Source: a virus
DNA: 62,231 nt
IMG/VR virus record: IMGVR_UViG_3300010348_000458
Location: 1-62,231 of that record
Reading direction: 5' to 3' (one strand)
Shown here: positions 11,921 to 19,608 of the stretch, piece by piece
Position numbering within the stretch: position 1 is the first letter of the stretch
Layout of the letters: every line of letters starts with the position of its first letter
Position numbers and translations under genes: made by a program
The notes under the pieces: generated by a model
What the model saw: only the letters and a program-made list of their open reading frames with translations
The model's database searches: none
Told to the model about the DNA's origin: nothing

Positions 11921-11948
11921 AGTATAGCGGATTCCCGCGTTAATACAA
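11921..11948 (-). promoter_or_regulatory. Module A minus-strand promoter TTGTAT-N16-TATACT
   Basis: The reverse complement reads cacTTGTATtaacgcgggaatccgcTATACT. The same architecture occurs at 12533-12560 and 13082-13109. Confidence 0.65.
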
Positions 11949-11985
11949 GTGACATTTATCACGTCTTTTTTATGACATATGTTAC
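11949..11985. promoter_or_regulatory. Two operator-like palindromes (gtgacatttatcac, atgacatatgttac) between divergent promoters
   Basis: Each site is adjacent to one -35 hexamer. The arrangement is conserved in modules B and C. Confidence 0.6.
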
Positions 11986-12014
11986 TTGACAAGCATCACC
12001 GGTTCCGCGATAAT
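11986..12014 (+). promoter_or_regulatory. Module A plus-strand promoter TTGACA-N17-GATAAT
   Basis: Consensus -35, 17-nt spacer, 5/6 match at -10. Points away from all nearby CDSs. Confidence 0.65.
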
Positions 12015-12040
12015 CCTGCCATTGACCAGGTAAGTGAGTA

Positions 12041-12104
12041 GAACGAATGTTCGACGTGGGGACGTAGAACGAATGTTCGACGTGGGAATGTAGAACAAAT
12101 GTTC
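12041..12104. repeat. Three GAAC-N4-GTTC hairpin units at 26-bp spacing
   Basis: Boxes at 12041-12052, 12067-12078 and 12093-12104. The first two lie within cgtagaacgaatgttcgacgtggg repeats. Confidence 0.9.
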
Positions 12105-12112
12105 TATTCCGG

Positions 12113-12145
12113 GACAAAAGAAAACCCCGCCGGGTTAAGGCGGGG
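12113..12145 (-). terminator. Intrinsic terminator of 12165-12479
   Basis: CCCCGCC gggttaa GGCGGGG. On the minus strand it is followed by TTTTCTTTTG. Confidence 0.75.
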
Positions 12146-12164
12146 GGGAGGTGGGGGAGGTATA

Positions 12165-12479
12165 TTACTGGCGCCAGCACTCCTCAGGTAAATCGTCTAG
12201 GGTCGTGGTCATCACCACGAGCTCAATGATACCCTGCCGAATCTCGTCTAGGGTGCTGTTAGAGGTATCCCCGTAATTGCCCTCCTCGACGCGCTCGATG
12301 AGGATTTCGTCATCGCTGAGCGGTGTTAGGCTGGAACACCAGCCGAATTCTCCAGTCTCAGTGTTGTAGTATACAATTGGGGTTCCCATGACGCGGGAAC
12401 CGCCGTGGTATTGATTGACATATGCATCTGCGACTACTTTGGCGAACTCCTTGATGATGTAAGTGTGAGCAGTGTTCAT
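12165..12479 (-). CDS. Hypothetical protein, paralog of 10421-10744
   Basis: ATG 12479 preferred over TTG 12485. See the paralog entry for shared sequence. Confidence 0.65.
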   Translation of the reverse strand: MNTAHTYIIKEFAKVVADAYVNQYHGGSRVMGTPIVYYNTETGEFGWCSSLTPLSDDEILIERVEEGNYGDTSNSTLDEIRQGIIELVVMTTTLDDLPEECWRQ

Positions 12480-12532
12480 TTTCAAAATCCTTTCTTTTGA
12501 TTTGATTTGGTTTGGTTTGAGTTGATAGTCAC

Positions 12533-12560
12533 AGTATAGCGGATTCCCGCGTTAATACAA
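12533..12560 (-). promoter_or_regulatory. Module B minus-strand promoter TTGTAT-N16-TATACT
   Basis: Same sequence as module A. Operator gtgacatttgtcac at 12561-12574. Confidence 0.6.
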
Positions 12561-12597
12561 GTGACATTTGTCACAAAAAGAATATGACATTTGCCAC

Positions 12598-12626
12598 TTG
12601 ACAGACTTCTCCGGTTCTGCGATAGT
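12598..12626 (+). promoter_or_regulatory. Module B plus-strand promoter TTGACA-N17-GATAGT
   Basis: Hexamers and spacer read directly. Operator atgacatttgccac at 12584-12597. Confidence 0.6.
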
Positions 12627-12655
12627 CCCCCCATTGACCGGATAACGGAAATATA

Positions 12656-12693
12656 GAACGAACGTTCGACGTGGGAATGTAGAACGTTCGTTC
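12656..12693. repeat. Two GAAC-N4-GTTC boxes at 26-bp spacing
   Basis: gaacgaacgttc at 12656-12667 and gaacgttcgttc at 12682-12693. Confidence 0.85.
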
Positions 12694-12768
12694 TGGTTTA
12701 CCTGGAAGGTTCGCGCAGCGAAAAACTTTCCGCGAAAAACTTTCCTAAAAACTTGCTAAAAACAAAAA

Positions 12769-12800
12769 CCCTGCCACAAGCGTGGCAGGGTTTCTTGGGA
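12769..12800. terminator. Bidirectional intrinsic terminator
   Basis: CCCTGCCAC aagc GTGGCAGGG, with TTTCTT on the plus strand and TTTTTGTTTTT on the minus strand. Confidence 0.75.
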
Positions 12801-12818
12801 GAGGCGCGGCGGTTATTC

Positions 12819-13052
12819 TTAGGATGCCACACGAACCGGGATGCCCTCGATGCCGACGTATAGCCAGCCGATGAATATCCCCCGGCGCTGGCGGCGGACT
12901 CCACAATTGTGGTCGTCCCATTCCGCTCGCGAGCGGTATGGACGCCACCAGGCTTTATCCAATGCAAGCACAATCAGCAGGGGTTTAATCCCCCACCGAA
13001 TCTGCTGGTCAAATGAAAAGATGTTTGGGATTCGCAGGATGAACCTCTTCAT
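12819..13052 (-). CDS. Hypothetical protein
   Basis: 77 aa with an AAAGGAG RBS, placed directly after the module C minus promoter. Confidence 0.45.
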   Translation of the reverse strand: MKRFILRIPNIFSFDQQIRWGIKPLLIVLALDKAWWRPYRSRAEWDDHNCGVRRQRRGIFIGWLYVGIEGIPVRVAS

Positions 13053-13081
13053 TTTCTATCTCCTTTTTTGTTGATAGTCAC

Positions 13082-13109
13082 AGTATAGCGGATTCCCGCA
13101 TTAATACAA
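13082..13109 (-). promoter_or_regulatory. Module C minus-strand promoter TTGTAT-N16-TATACT
   Basis: As in modules A and B. Operator at 13110-13123. Confidence 0.6.
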
Positions 13110-13146
13110 GTGACATTTATCACGTCTTTTTTATGACATATGTTAC

Positions 13147-13175
13147 TTGACAAGCATCACCGGTTCCGCGATAAT
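13147..13175 (+). promoter_or_regulatory. Module C plus-strand promoter TTGACA-N17-GATAAT
   Basis: Identical to module A. GAAC boxes follow at 13204-13215 and 13238-13249. Confidence 0.6.
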
Positions 13176-13273
13176 CCTGCCATTGACCAGAGGTAAGTGA
13201 GTAGAACGAATGTTCGACGTGGGGACGTGGGAATGTAGAACGAATGTTCTGGCTTACCTGGAAGGTTCGCGCA

Positions 13274-13350
13274 GCGAAAAACTTTCCGCGAAAAACTTTG
13301 CGAAAAATTTTCCTAAAAACATTCCGAAAAACTTTACGAAAAATTTTACC
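13274..13350. repeat. 12-14-bp A-tract tandem repeats (gcgaaaaactttcc family, about 6 units)
   Basis: Read directly. A shorter copy of the same family lies at 12718-12765. Confidence 0.8.
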
Positions 13351-13687
13351 CCCTCCTTCTTCGTAACAGGAAAGACGAATTGGAATGGATGAACAGATGA
13401 ATGAATCCGTGTTCATCCATCCAGGCGCTCCCGCCCTTTAATGAAAAATCGCTTGCATCGAAATTAATAAAACCGTCCCGAATGTCACGGTTCTGCATCA
13501 TCCAGATTCCGCCGGTGACATTTTTCCAGGTTGGCGCGGAGATTCGCGCCGGGAGCCATTCAGCGCCCCCGGTGGTGTCCGTGTCCATTTGGTAATCATA
13601 GGAATAGAGACAACGCGCCTCCATTAACCCCTTCTCCACCTGTCTTTTCAGCCATCCCCGGTTAACGGTATTATTTTTTGGTTCCAT
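13346..13687 (-). CDS. Hypothetical protein
   Basis: Internal ATG 13687 with an AGAAAGGA RBS inside ORF 13346-13738. Confidence 0.5.
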   Translation of the reverse strand: MEPKNNTVNRGWLKRQVEKGLMEARCLYSYDYQMDTDTTGGAEWLPARISAPTWKNVTGGIWMMQNRDIRDGFINFDASDFSLKGGSAWMDEHGFIHLFIHSNSSFLLRRRRG

Positions 13688-13701
13688 GGTTTGATCCTTT
13701 C

Positions 13702-13989
13702 TTACAATCCCATTAAGAGATTTGTCAATTCCTGGCACGCGCCAAGGTAATCTTCCGCGAAGATGTTAAACCGTTGCATCTTCTCGCCAATTTCCGATTC
13801 CGACAGTTCCCGAAGTCCAAAGCGCAGAATCACGCCTTGAATGTACCACACGCCTTCAATCCGGCAATCAGGAAAATCCATGCAATGCTTTTCCCACCAA
13901 TGATTAATGTTGTATTCGTATACCTGTTTCGCGGTTTCGGCAAACCGATCCAAAGCATTGAAAAATTCATCCGCGCTATAAATTGGCAT
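13702..13989 (-). CDS. Hypothetical protein
   Basis: 95 aa ORF in the operon, coupled to its neighbours by overlapping ends. Confidence 0.5.
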   Translation of the reverse strand: MPIYSADEFFNALDRFAETAKQVYEYNINHWWEKHCMDFPDCRIEGVWYIQGVILRFGLRELSESEIGEKMQRFNIFAEDYLGACQELTNLLMGL

Positions 13990-14377
13990 TGGATTCCTCC
14001 TCTATGATGGTTTTATATTCCATCCTGATGAGAATTTCAAACTCGTAAATCCCATTCAGGAACCTCTGGTAAAAATCGAAAAACGCAAGTGGAAGAAGAA
14101 ACGGCAAACCGTGAATAATCCACGCCGGAATGATCAGGAAGGCTGGTTCCAGTTCTCCCGGTTCCTCGTCCTCTCCCCATTCATCCGAATAGTAGAGAGT
14201 TTCGGTTGGGGTTCCGCTTGCCGGGTCGTGAAGGCGATTCCCATTGGCATCATACCGGATTTGGAGTCTTACATCTTGCGAAGAAGAGATTTCGTTGTCA
14301 AGGATTTGAGACACTTCCCGCGCCCCTCCGGGAATCTCTTTTCCGTTGACCTTTGTCACATAGATTCTATACTTCAT
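13976..14377 (-). CDS. Hypothetical protein
   Basis: ATG 14377 has an AGAAAGGA RBS. The upstream ATG 14446 has no RBS. Confidence 0.5.
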   Translation of the reverse strand: MKYRIYVTKVNGKEIPGGAREVSQILDNEISSSQDVRLQIRYDANGNRLHDPASGTPTETLYYSDEWGEDEEPGELEPAFLIIPAWIIHGLPFLLPLAFFDFYQRFLNGIYEFEILIRMEYKTIIEEESNANL

Positions 14378-14456
14378 TTTCCTGATCCTTTCTTTTTGAA
14401 TTGTGCTTATATTGTAAGTAATTTCGGACGATTCAGGGTTTGCCATGGGGATTATA

Positions 14457-14468
14457 GAACGGACGTTC
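14457..14468. promoter_or_regulatory. GAAC-N4-GTTC box next to a minus-strand TATAAT
   Basis: gaacggacgttc. The minus strand reads TTAGAACGTCCGTTCTATAAT. Confidence 0.5.
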
Positions 14469-14500
14469 TAAACCGGGTGGGAAGTACAAGGAAAGAAAAA

Positions 14501-14530
14501 CCGCCGGATCACTCCGGCGGTTTCCTTTCC
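14501..14530. terminator. Bidirectional intrinsic terminator
   Basis: CCGCCGGA tcac TCCGGCGG flanked by an A-run and a T-rich run. Confidence 0.7.
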
Positions 14531-14542
14531 GAAAAACATTCC

Positions 14543-14872
14543 CTAAAAAAATCTTGCTTCCAGCTTCCACCCCTCCCATCCATACCGCCCCAAGATGAGC
14601 GGAACCATTTTCTTTAATTCCCCCTCATAATGCGCCACTTTGATTCCTTTCCGGTATTCTTCAACCGTGACCACCCCGCCGCGGTTCCTGATAATGACAT
14701 CCCCCAAACCCAAAATGAGGGCATTATATTCCCATGCTATGAGAAGGTATATTCTCATAGCCATCACCCGTTCCGGCGTGTACTTGCTTAATTCAGCCTT
14801 CGGCTTTTTTCTCCATTGTGCCAAGGCGACCACCACCACCACCACCACGATTATTATCGTCAATGTGTCCAT
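14543..14872 (-). CDS. Hypothetical membrane-anchored protein
   Basis: 109 aa with a hydrophobic N-terminus (IIIVVVVVVALAQW). Confidence 0.5.
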   Translation of the reverse strand: MDTLTIIIVVVVVVVALAQWRKKPKAELSKYTPERVMAMRIYLLIAWEYNALILGLGDVIIRNRGGVVTVEEYRKGIKVAHYEGELKKMVPLILGRYGWEGWKLEARFF

Positions 14873-14875
14873 GGC

Positions 14876-16099
14876 TCATTCCTGAAAGTGCATTGGCATA
14901 ATAATATGGGAACAATCGTCACTTTCGATCAAAACCGGATGGGTGTTTCTCACGATTTTCATCGTGATAAATTCCGAGTCGCCAACGGATTTCAGCGCAT
15001 TGACCAGGAAATCCAGGTTAATCTTAACCCGGTTGTCGGCGTCCAATTTGCGTATCATGTATTCCGCCCCGACCATGGACTCGACCTTGAAACCTTCCTT
15101 GTTTGCAATAGTCAAATAAATGGAGGACTTATCATTGAAACGAAGCTCAACGGTCAGATTTTTACTGGAATAGGTTAACGCGTTTAGCATTTCGCGCCGA
15201 TTTACCAGAATTGACATCCGAATCGACACATCCCGCGGGATAATCGGGGTATATTCCGGGAATTGGTGTTCTGTTTCTTGACAAATCACATTCCATCCAT
15301 TGAATTTGATTCCAAGGAATTGACCGCCGTTGGTGATTCCATCCGAATTAACAAATCTTCGGGTGATTGCAACAGATTGATCACTGTAAATCCCAAGATC
15401 ACCATTGCCGGAATTACGACAAAAGAACTTGACCAGCGCGCCGGGAATTAACCCCTCCTGATCCTGTTCCAGATTCCACCCGGCATAATTCCACCCGGCA
15501 CACATTTTCCGAGTCGCCAAGGTAAATCTATTGGTTGCCGCCAGCTTGACAACACCATCAGCCAATTTCCGATAATGAACATCCATTAACTGTTCCCGGA
15601 ATGGATCATCGGAAACCGACCAAACCACGGAGGCAAGCGATTCCCGCAAATTGGTTTGATCCATCCATGAGTAAATCTCATTCCCCTTTACAATTTCGGC
15701 AAACAACCGAATCATGGACTCATCGTGAGGGCTTGAAATATCGCCGCCCATGGTGACAGAACCAACATTCCCGCCGTGCTTGTCCCTCCCTTGCAAAGTA
15801 ACATTCCAGAAATTTTGCGATCCAACCGGCGCAACATCCAAAGCAAGGTCAAATTCCGTTGCACCTTTCAGGGTGTCAATTGCGCGCTTAAGCTGTCCAA
15901 CCTGCACAACCGCCCGACTATACGCCGGAGCGCGCGCCGTCCCCACGTCATTAATATTCCCAACCGTTGCACGTCCCCTGGCAAACCAGGCGGTTAATGA
16001 CAACCGATTACCAGAATTGACATCCAGAATCAGGGGAGCGGACTTGTCGGTTAATCGTTGCAATTCTGAAACCGACCTTTTTAATAATTTCGCGTTCAT
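14876..16099 (-). CDS. Divergent second sliding-clamp (DnaN-like) protein
   Basis: 407 aa. N-terminal APLILDVNSGNRLSLTAWF resembles the clamp LPILS...L.L.ATD block. C-terminal HIIMPMHFQE parallels YVLMPMH of 4062-5198. Confidence 0.65.
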   Translation of the reverse strand: MNAKLLKRSVSELQRLTDKSAPLILDVNSGNRLSLTAWFARGRATVGNINDVGTARAPAYSRAVVQVGQLKRAIDTLKGATEFDLALDVAPVGSQNFWNVTLQGRDKHGGNVGSVTMGGDISSPHDESMIRLFAEIVKGNEIYSWMDQTNLRESLASVVWSVSDDPFREQLMDVHYRKLADGVVKLAATNRFTLATRKMCAGWNYAGWNLEQDQEGLIPGALVKFFCRNSGNGDLGIYSDQSVAITRRFVNSDGITNGGQFLGIKFNGWNVICQETEHQFPEYTPIIPRDVSIRMSILVNRREMLNALTYSSKNLTVELRFNDKSSIYLTIANKEGFKVESMVGAEYMIRKLDADNRVKINLDFLVNALKSVGDSEFITMKIVRNTHPVLIESDDCSHIIMPMHFQE

Positions 16100-16163
16100 G
16101 TTTTATCTCCTTTAATTCGCGGTCTTACCGCCTACCGCGAAAGGGCTGTTTATTTGTACACTT

Positions 16164-16209
16164 ATTCTACGCGGATTCCTGTCACAATTGCAATTGTGAC
16201 ATTTGTCAC
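16164..16209 (-). promoter_or_regulatory. Promoter TTGCAA-N18-TAGAAT with upstream operator gtgacaaatgtcac
   Basis: Hexamers at 16188-16193 and 16164-16169. Operator at 16196-16209. A 20-bp palindrome gtcacaattgcaattgtgac overlaps. Confidence 0.6.
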
Positions 16210-16345
16210 ATTCCCCACGCCCCGCCGACCACCGGAGCCGGAGCCGGAGCCGGTCAGGTCGGCAACCAGGCGGAGCCGGAGGGAACCCCCCCACCCATGG
16301 CGCTAAAACAACGCTAAAACAATGCAAAAACAACGCAAAAACAAT

Positions 16346-16377
16346 AAAAAAGGCGGGGTTCCCAACGGAACCCCGCC
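16346..16377 (-). terminator. Intrinsic terminator
   Basis: 11-bp stem GGCGGGGTTCC/GGAACCCCGCC, followed by T6 on the minus strand. Confidence 0.8.
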
Positions 16378-16383
16378 CCATGG

Positions 16384-16493
16384 CGCTAAAACAACGCTAA
16401 AACAACGCAAAAACAACGCAAAAACAACGCTAAAACAACGCTAAAACAACGCTAAAACAACGCTAAAACAACGCAAAAACAACGCTAAAACGC
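16384..16493. repeat. 11-bp tandem repeat x10 (cgc[t/a]aaaacaa), phased A-tracts
   Basis: Counted directly. A 4-unit copy lies at about 16303-16345. Both copies are preceded by ccatgg. Confidence 0.9.
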
Positions 16494-16509
16494 TGGATAG
16501 TGACATTTA

Positions 16510-16701
16510 TCACTGTTTTTTTGTGTCACGTCTCTCCACTGTCCGCCAGGCAAGCCATATCAGGAACGCGCACGCCTGCGCGACCAGAACCAGCCAGAAT
16601 TTGTCCACCAGAATACCATATCCGGCAAGCAAAAAACATAAATACCAGCCAAAAAACAGTGAAAATTTCAAGAAAATGACACGGCTGAATTTCTTGATCA
16701 T
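16510..16701 (-). CDS. Small membrane protein
   Basis: 63 aa with two hydrophobic segments. Confidence 0.4.
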   Translation of the reverse strand: MIKKFSRVIFLKFSLFFGWYLCFLLAGYGILVDKFWLVLVAQACAFLIWLAWRTVERRDTKKQ

Positions 16702-17003
16702 TTCAGATATTCCGCCAAAACATTTCCGCCCATGGCAAACGCAGAAAGAATACCGGCAACAAACAGGGACGGAAAATCATAAAAAATTCCCAATACACAT
16801 AGAGACGCAATCACAGCAAAAACAATCCTGTTATACAATGCAACGCGCCTCCAGCCCTGGACTCGTTTCCGCTTTCTTCCCATTTCATCATAAAACAAAA
16901 TAATCTTTACCCGAATGTAAATCAAGTCCTTTTGAGCATCCGCAATCCCGCCACTTTTTCCGCATAAAACCGCGATTTCGTGAATTTGCTTTTCTGTGTC
17001 CAT
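16698..17003 (-). CDS. Membrane protein
   Basis: ATG 17003 with a GGAGGTG RBS. C-terminal transmembrane segments. Confidence 0.55.
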   Translation of the reverse strand: MDTEKQIHEIAVLCGKSGGIADAQKDLIYIRVKIILFYDEMGRKRKRVQGWRRVALYNRIVFAVIASLCVLGIFYDFPSLFVAGILSAFAMGGNVLAEYLK

Positions 17004-17061
17004 GCACCTCCAACGCAAAACGGGGCAGGAATACTCCTGCCCCATTTTTCCTAGAAACCAC

Positions 17062-17220
17062 TTACTTGTCTGCCCGCCATTCCACCCAGAGAATGGCGAT
17101 TGCGACAAACAAAATCGCCGCTCCGACCAGCACCCCCCACTGGTCGGCAACAACCGCAAAAACTCCAATGGCAATGGCGATAATCTCGCCAATCGCCGCG
17201 CACCAATCTGCCAGCCACAT
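17062..17220 (-). CDS. Small membrane protein (52 aa, below the ORF-track cutoff)
   Basis: Translated by hand as MWLADWCAAIGEIIAIAIGVFAVVADQWGVLVGAAILFVAIAILWVEWRADK. Strong GGAGG RBS. Confidence 0.55.
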   Translation of the reverse strand: MWLADWCAAIGEIIAIAIGVFAVVADQWGVLVGAAILFVAIAILWVEWRADK

Positions 17221-17240
17221 GATGTTTTTCCTCCTTTCTT

Positions 17241-17663
17241 TTAGTATATGACCGCGCCGCGCTTTTCAAGATACGCGAGCGCATTTTCATCGAATACATG
17301 AATCCCGGTGTCGTCCATCCAGCCCACCGGACTATTATTAAAATAGGCGACATAATAAGCACTGTTCTCTACGGGAACAATCAGCAAAATGTCGTCCACC
17401 ACGTCACTTTTTTCCACATGATGAGACCGTCCGGAAGCCTCCCGAAAAACGGTGTCAATGTCTCCGTCATTTGCGAAGTAACACTCCGCTCCCTCAATCA
17501 TGGCGCCAATCTTTTTAAGCGCCTCCGTGATTGTCGGAGCGCTCTCTTGGAACCGAAATTCATTTTCATACCCGACAATTGCCGGAAGCTGGACTTCCAC
17601 AGTCCAGCGCCCGCTCGAAGCTGTGGCTGTGATCTCCATTCTTTCTACCTTTGCTGTTTTCAT
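17241..17663 (-). CDS. Hypothetical protein
   Basis: 140 aa ORF, coupled to the upstream gene by overlapping ends. Confidence 0.6.
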   Translation of the reverse strand: MKTAKVERMEITATASSGRWTVEVQLPAIVGYENEFRFQESAPTITEALKKIGAMIEGAECYFANDGDIDTVFREASGRSHHVEKSDVVDDILLIVPVENSAYYVAYFNNSPVGWMDDTGIHVFDENALAYLEKRGAVIY

Positions 17664-17971
17664 TTTTCCTCCTCTCCGAAACCGAACAATTCCATGAGCG
17701 CAATTTCAGCCCGAATCCTATCGCAAAAATATCTCAACTCATAACAAATCATCAACTCGCGCTCAAGGTAAACAACCGCGCTTTCAAGTTCGCCTCGCGC
17801 TTGTTCCAATTTGAAAATCTCTTCCTGGCATTCCAAATAACAAGCCGCACGGTTGAGGCAACCGCGCCCTTCCCGATATAACTGCCACCAATCCGGTTCA
17901 GCCAGAGCGGTGGATTTTCCTTCCAATGCTTGCGCCATTTCCTCAATTCGAGATTTGATTTCGGCGTTCAT
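17660..17971 (-). CDS. Hypothetical protein
   Basis: ATG 17971 with an AGAAAGGA RBS. Confidence 0.5.
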   Translation of the reverse strand: MNAEIKSRIEEMAQALEGKSTALAEPDWWQLYREGRGCLNRAACYLECQEEIFKLEQARGELESAVVYLERELMICYELRYFCDRIRAEIALMELFGFGEEEK

Positions 17972-17990
17972 ATCTTGTCCTTTCTGTATA

Positions 17991-18635
17991 TTACAAGTAT
18001 AAGGTATCCTCGCGCTTTTGAATAGTGACATTTGTCATATCTTTTTTGTGACATTCGTCACCATCCAGCGCGGCAGAAGCAATTCTGTCTAATACTCGAT
18101 AGGTCGCCATGGTATCTGCCATGGAGCGATGATACCGTCCTTCTGGCGCAACCCCAAGCCGCTCACACGCCTCCGCAAGCTTGAACCACTTATATCCGCC
18201 AACCGAATTGAATACCTGAAAGTAATTGGACGCTAAAACCATGGCGTCCACCATCAAGACCGGTACCGGTGGAAACTTGATGGAATGAATCAGAAACGTT
18301 TGGTGGATCATGCGCAAATCAAACGAAACGTTATACCCCACCCAAACCTTTTCGTTGAGAAAATTCTTGATTTCCAGTTCGTAATGAAAAACATCATTTT
18401 CCACCGACAGGACTTTATTCGTGATTCCCGTCAGCATCTCGATGCTTTCCGGAACGAACGACGCCGGACGCAATAGGCGGGACACTGTTTTCCCGGACTG
18501 CACGTGATAGGCTGATATTTCTATCATCTCCGCACCAATGTCAAACCCGGTGGTTTCCGTGTCCAAAACAACCACGTCCCCATACCGCCCCCCTAAAACG
18601 TCCCGCGCCATCTGGATTGCTTGTTCTTTTGTCAT
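17991..18635 (-). CDS. DnaQ-like DEDDh 3'-5' exonuclease
   Basis: Exo I VVLDTETTG, Exo II YNVSFDLRMI, Exo III HRSMADTMAT. Confidence 0.85.
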   Translation of the reverse strand: MTKEQAIQMARDVLGGRYGDVVVLDTETTGFDIGAEMIEISAYHVQSGKTVSRLLRPASFVPESIEMLTGITNKVLSVENDVFHYELEIKNFLNEKVWVGYNVSFDLRMIHQTFLIHSIKFPPVPVLMVDAMVLASNYFQVFNSVGGYKWFKLAEACERLGVAPEGRYHRSMADTMATYRVLDRIASAALDGDECHKKDMTNVTIQKREDTLYL

Positions 18636-18666
18636 CAGCCTTCCTTTCTTTTATGAGACTACCCCT

Positions 18667-18695
18667 AGTCTACCAGAACACGTCCCAAAATACAA
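18667..18695 (-). promoter_or_regulatory. Promoter TTGTAT-N17-TAGACT
   Basis: Hexamers read on the minus strand upstream of the exonuclease gene. Confidence 0.55.
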
Positions 18696-18699
18696 GCAT

Positions 18700-18738
18700 T
18701 AAAAAGGAACAGACACACCGGGGAAGTGTGCCTGTTCC
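18700..18738 (-). terminator. Intrinsic terminator
   Basis: 13-bp stem GGAACAG.CACAC / GTGTG.CTGTTCC (one mismatch), followed by T5 on the minus strand. Confidence 0.75.
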
Positions 18739-18836
18739 CGCCGCCCTGCCAGTTTCAGGGAGGCACCACAAGGAGAGAAAGGAGAGAAAGGAGAGAAAGG
18801 AGACTTATTTTCATAAACTGGCACCCTTATTATATA

Positions 18837-19487
18837 CTATTCTTTCTCAATTTGCAAGCGCGTTCCAATGTCCTCCAGAAGGCTGACAACCATTAACAGA
18901 ATTTCCCGCACCTCCGCAGGAGGATTGCTTTCCAGTATCATGTCAATGGACGACCTCGCTTGCCTCAACGCATAAACAACCGTTCTGCTGTCTCCGACAA
19001 TGGCGGTTTCTTCATTATTGTTATTGTCATCTTCACGCCCAACCTCAACTGCGTCAGGCTTTTCCTCGCCAACCTCACGACCAAACGCAAACCTGGCAAC
19101 CATGGCGTCCACCGTTGCCGGTCTCCCACCATGGCTTTCCGCATATTCCATGCACCAATCCAGTGCCTCGCGCCAATGATCGTTCAAACGCATGGCTTCC
19201 CGGAAATGGTCAAACGCTAAAATCTCATAGGTCTCCCGATGTTCCACCGGATAAAACGCCGACATCATCGCATATTCACGCACAGTCCTGGACGCCTTGC
19301 CTACCAGGTTTCCAACGGCAGAGTAAATAACCTCTTTCGTAATCCACTTGCCGGATTCGGCATTGTGCCGGATAACATAATTTGTCAGATCGCCAACCGT
19401 CCAGCCAACCTGCGTGATGACGTCCCGCAACTGGATTAACTGTTGCTGGACTTCCTCTGGAATAATATCATTATAACTCGTCTGCAT
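18837..19487 (-). CDS. Hypothetical protein
   Basis: ATG 19487 with a GGAGGTG RBS. 216 aa. Confidence 0.6.
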   Translation of the reverse strand: MQTSYNDIIPEEVQQQLIQLRDVITQVGWTVGDLTNYVIRHNAESGKWITKEVIYSAVGNLVGKASRTVREYAMMSAFYPVEHRETYEILAFDHFREAMRLNDHWREALDWCMEYAESHGGRPATVDAMVARFAFGREVGEEKPDAVEVGREDDNNNNEETAIVGDSRTVVYALRQARSSIDMILESNPPAEVREILLMVVSLLEDIGTRLQIEKE

Positions 19488-19488
19488 T

Positions 19489-19608
19489 TCACCTCCATAA
19501 TATAAGAATAACAAGAATCGCAATCACCGAAAGAAAAATCATCATCACACGCTCCGAACCTTCTTCCACCATCTCAATCGCCCACTTCGGGATCGGATAC
19601 AGTTTCAT
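19489..19608 (-). CDS. Small membrane protein (39 aa)
   Basis: Internal ATG 19608 overlaps the upstream stop (ATGA). C-terminal transmembrane helix. Confidence 0.35.
   Translation of the reverse strand: MKLYPIPKWAIEMVEEGSERVMMIFLSVIAILVILILWR

Noticed and set aside
12041-12104. Possible CRISPR array (repeated hairpin units here and at 10117-10236)
   Set aside because: The repeats are contiguous or separated by only a few conserved nucleotides. There are no unique spacers and no cas genes.
12841-13074. Plus-strand ORF antisense to 12819-13052 as the product of the module B plus promoter
   Set aside because: A bidirectional terminator (12769-12800) lies between the promoter and this ORF, and there is no RBS.
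16112-16400. ORFs 16112-16381 (-) and 16203-16400 (+)
   Set aside because: They span the promoter/operator, a GGAGCC microrepeat, a terminator hairpin and the A-tract array. They are low-complexity repeat artefacts.
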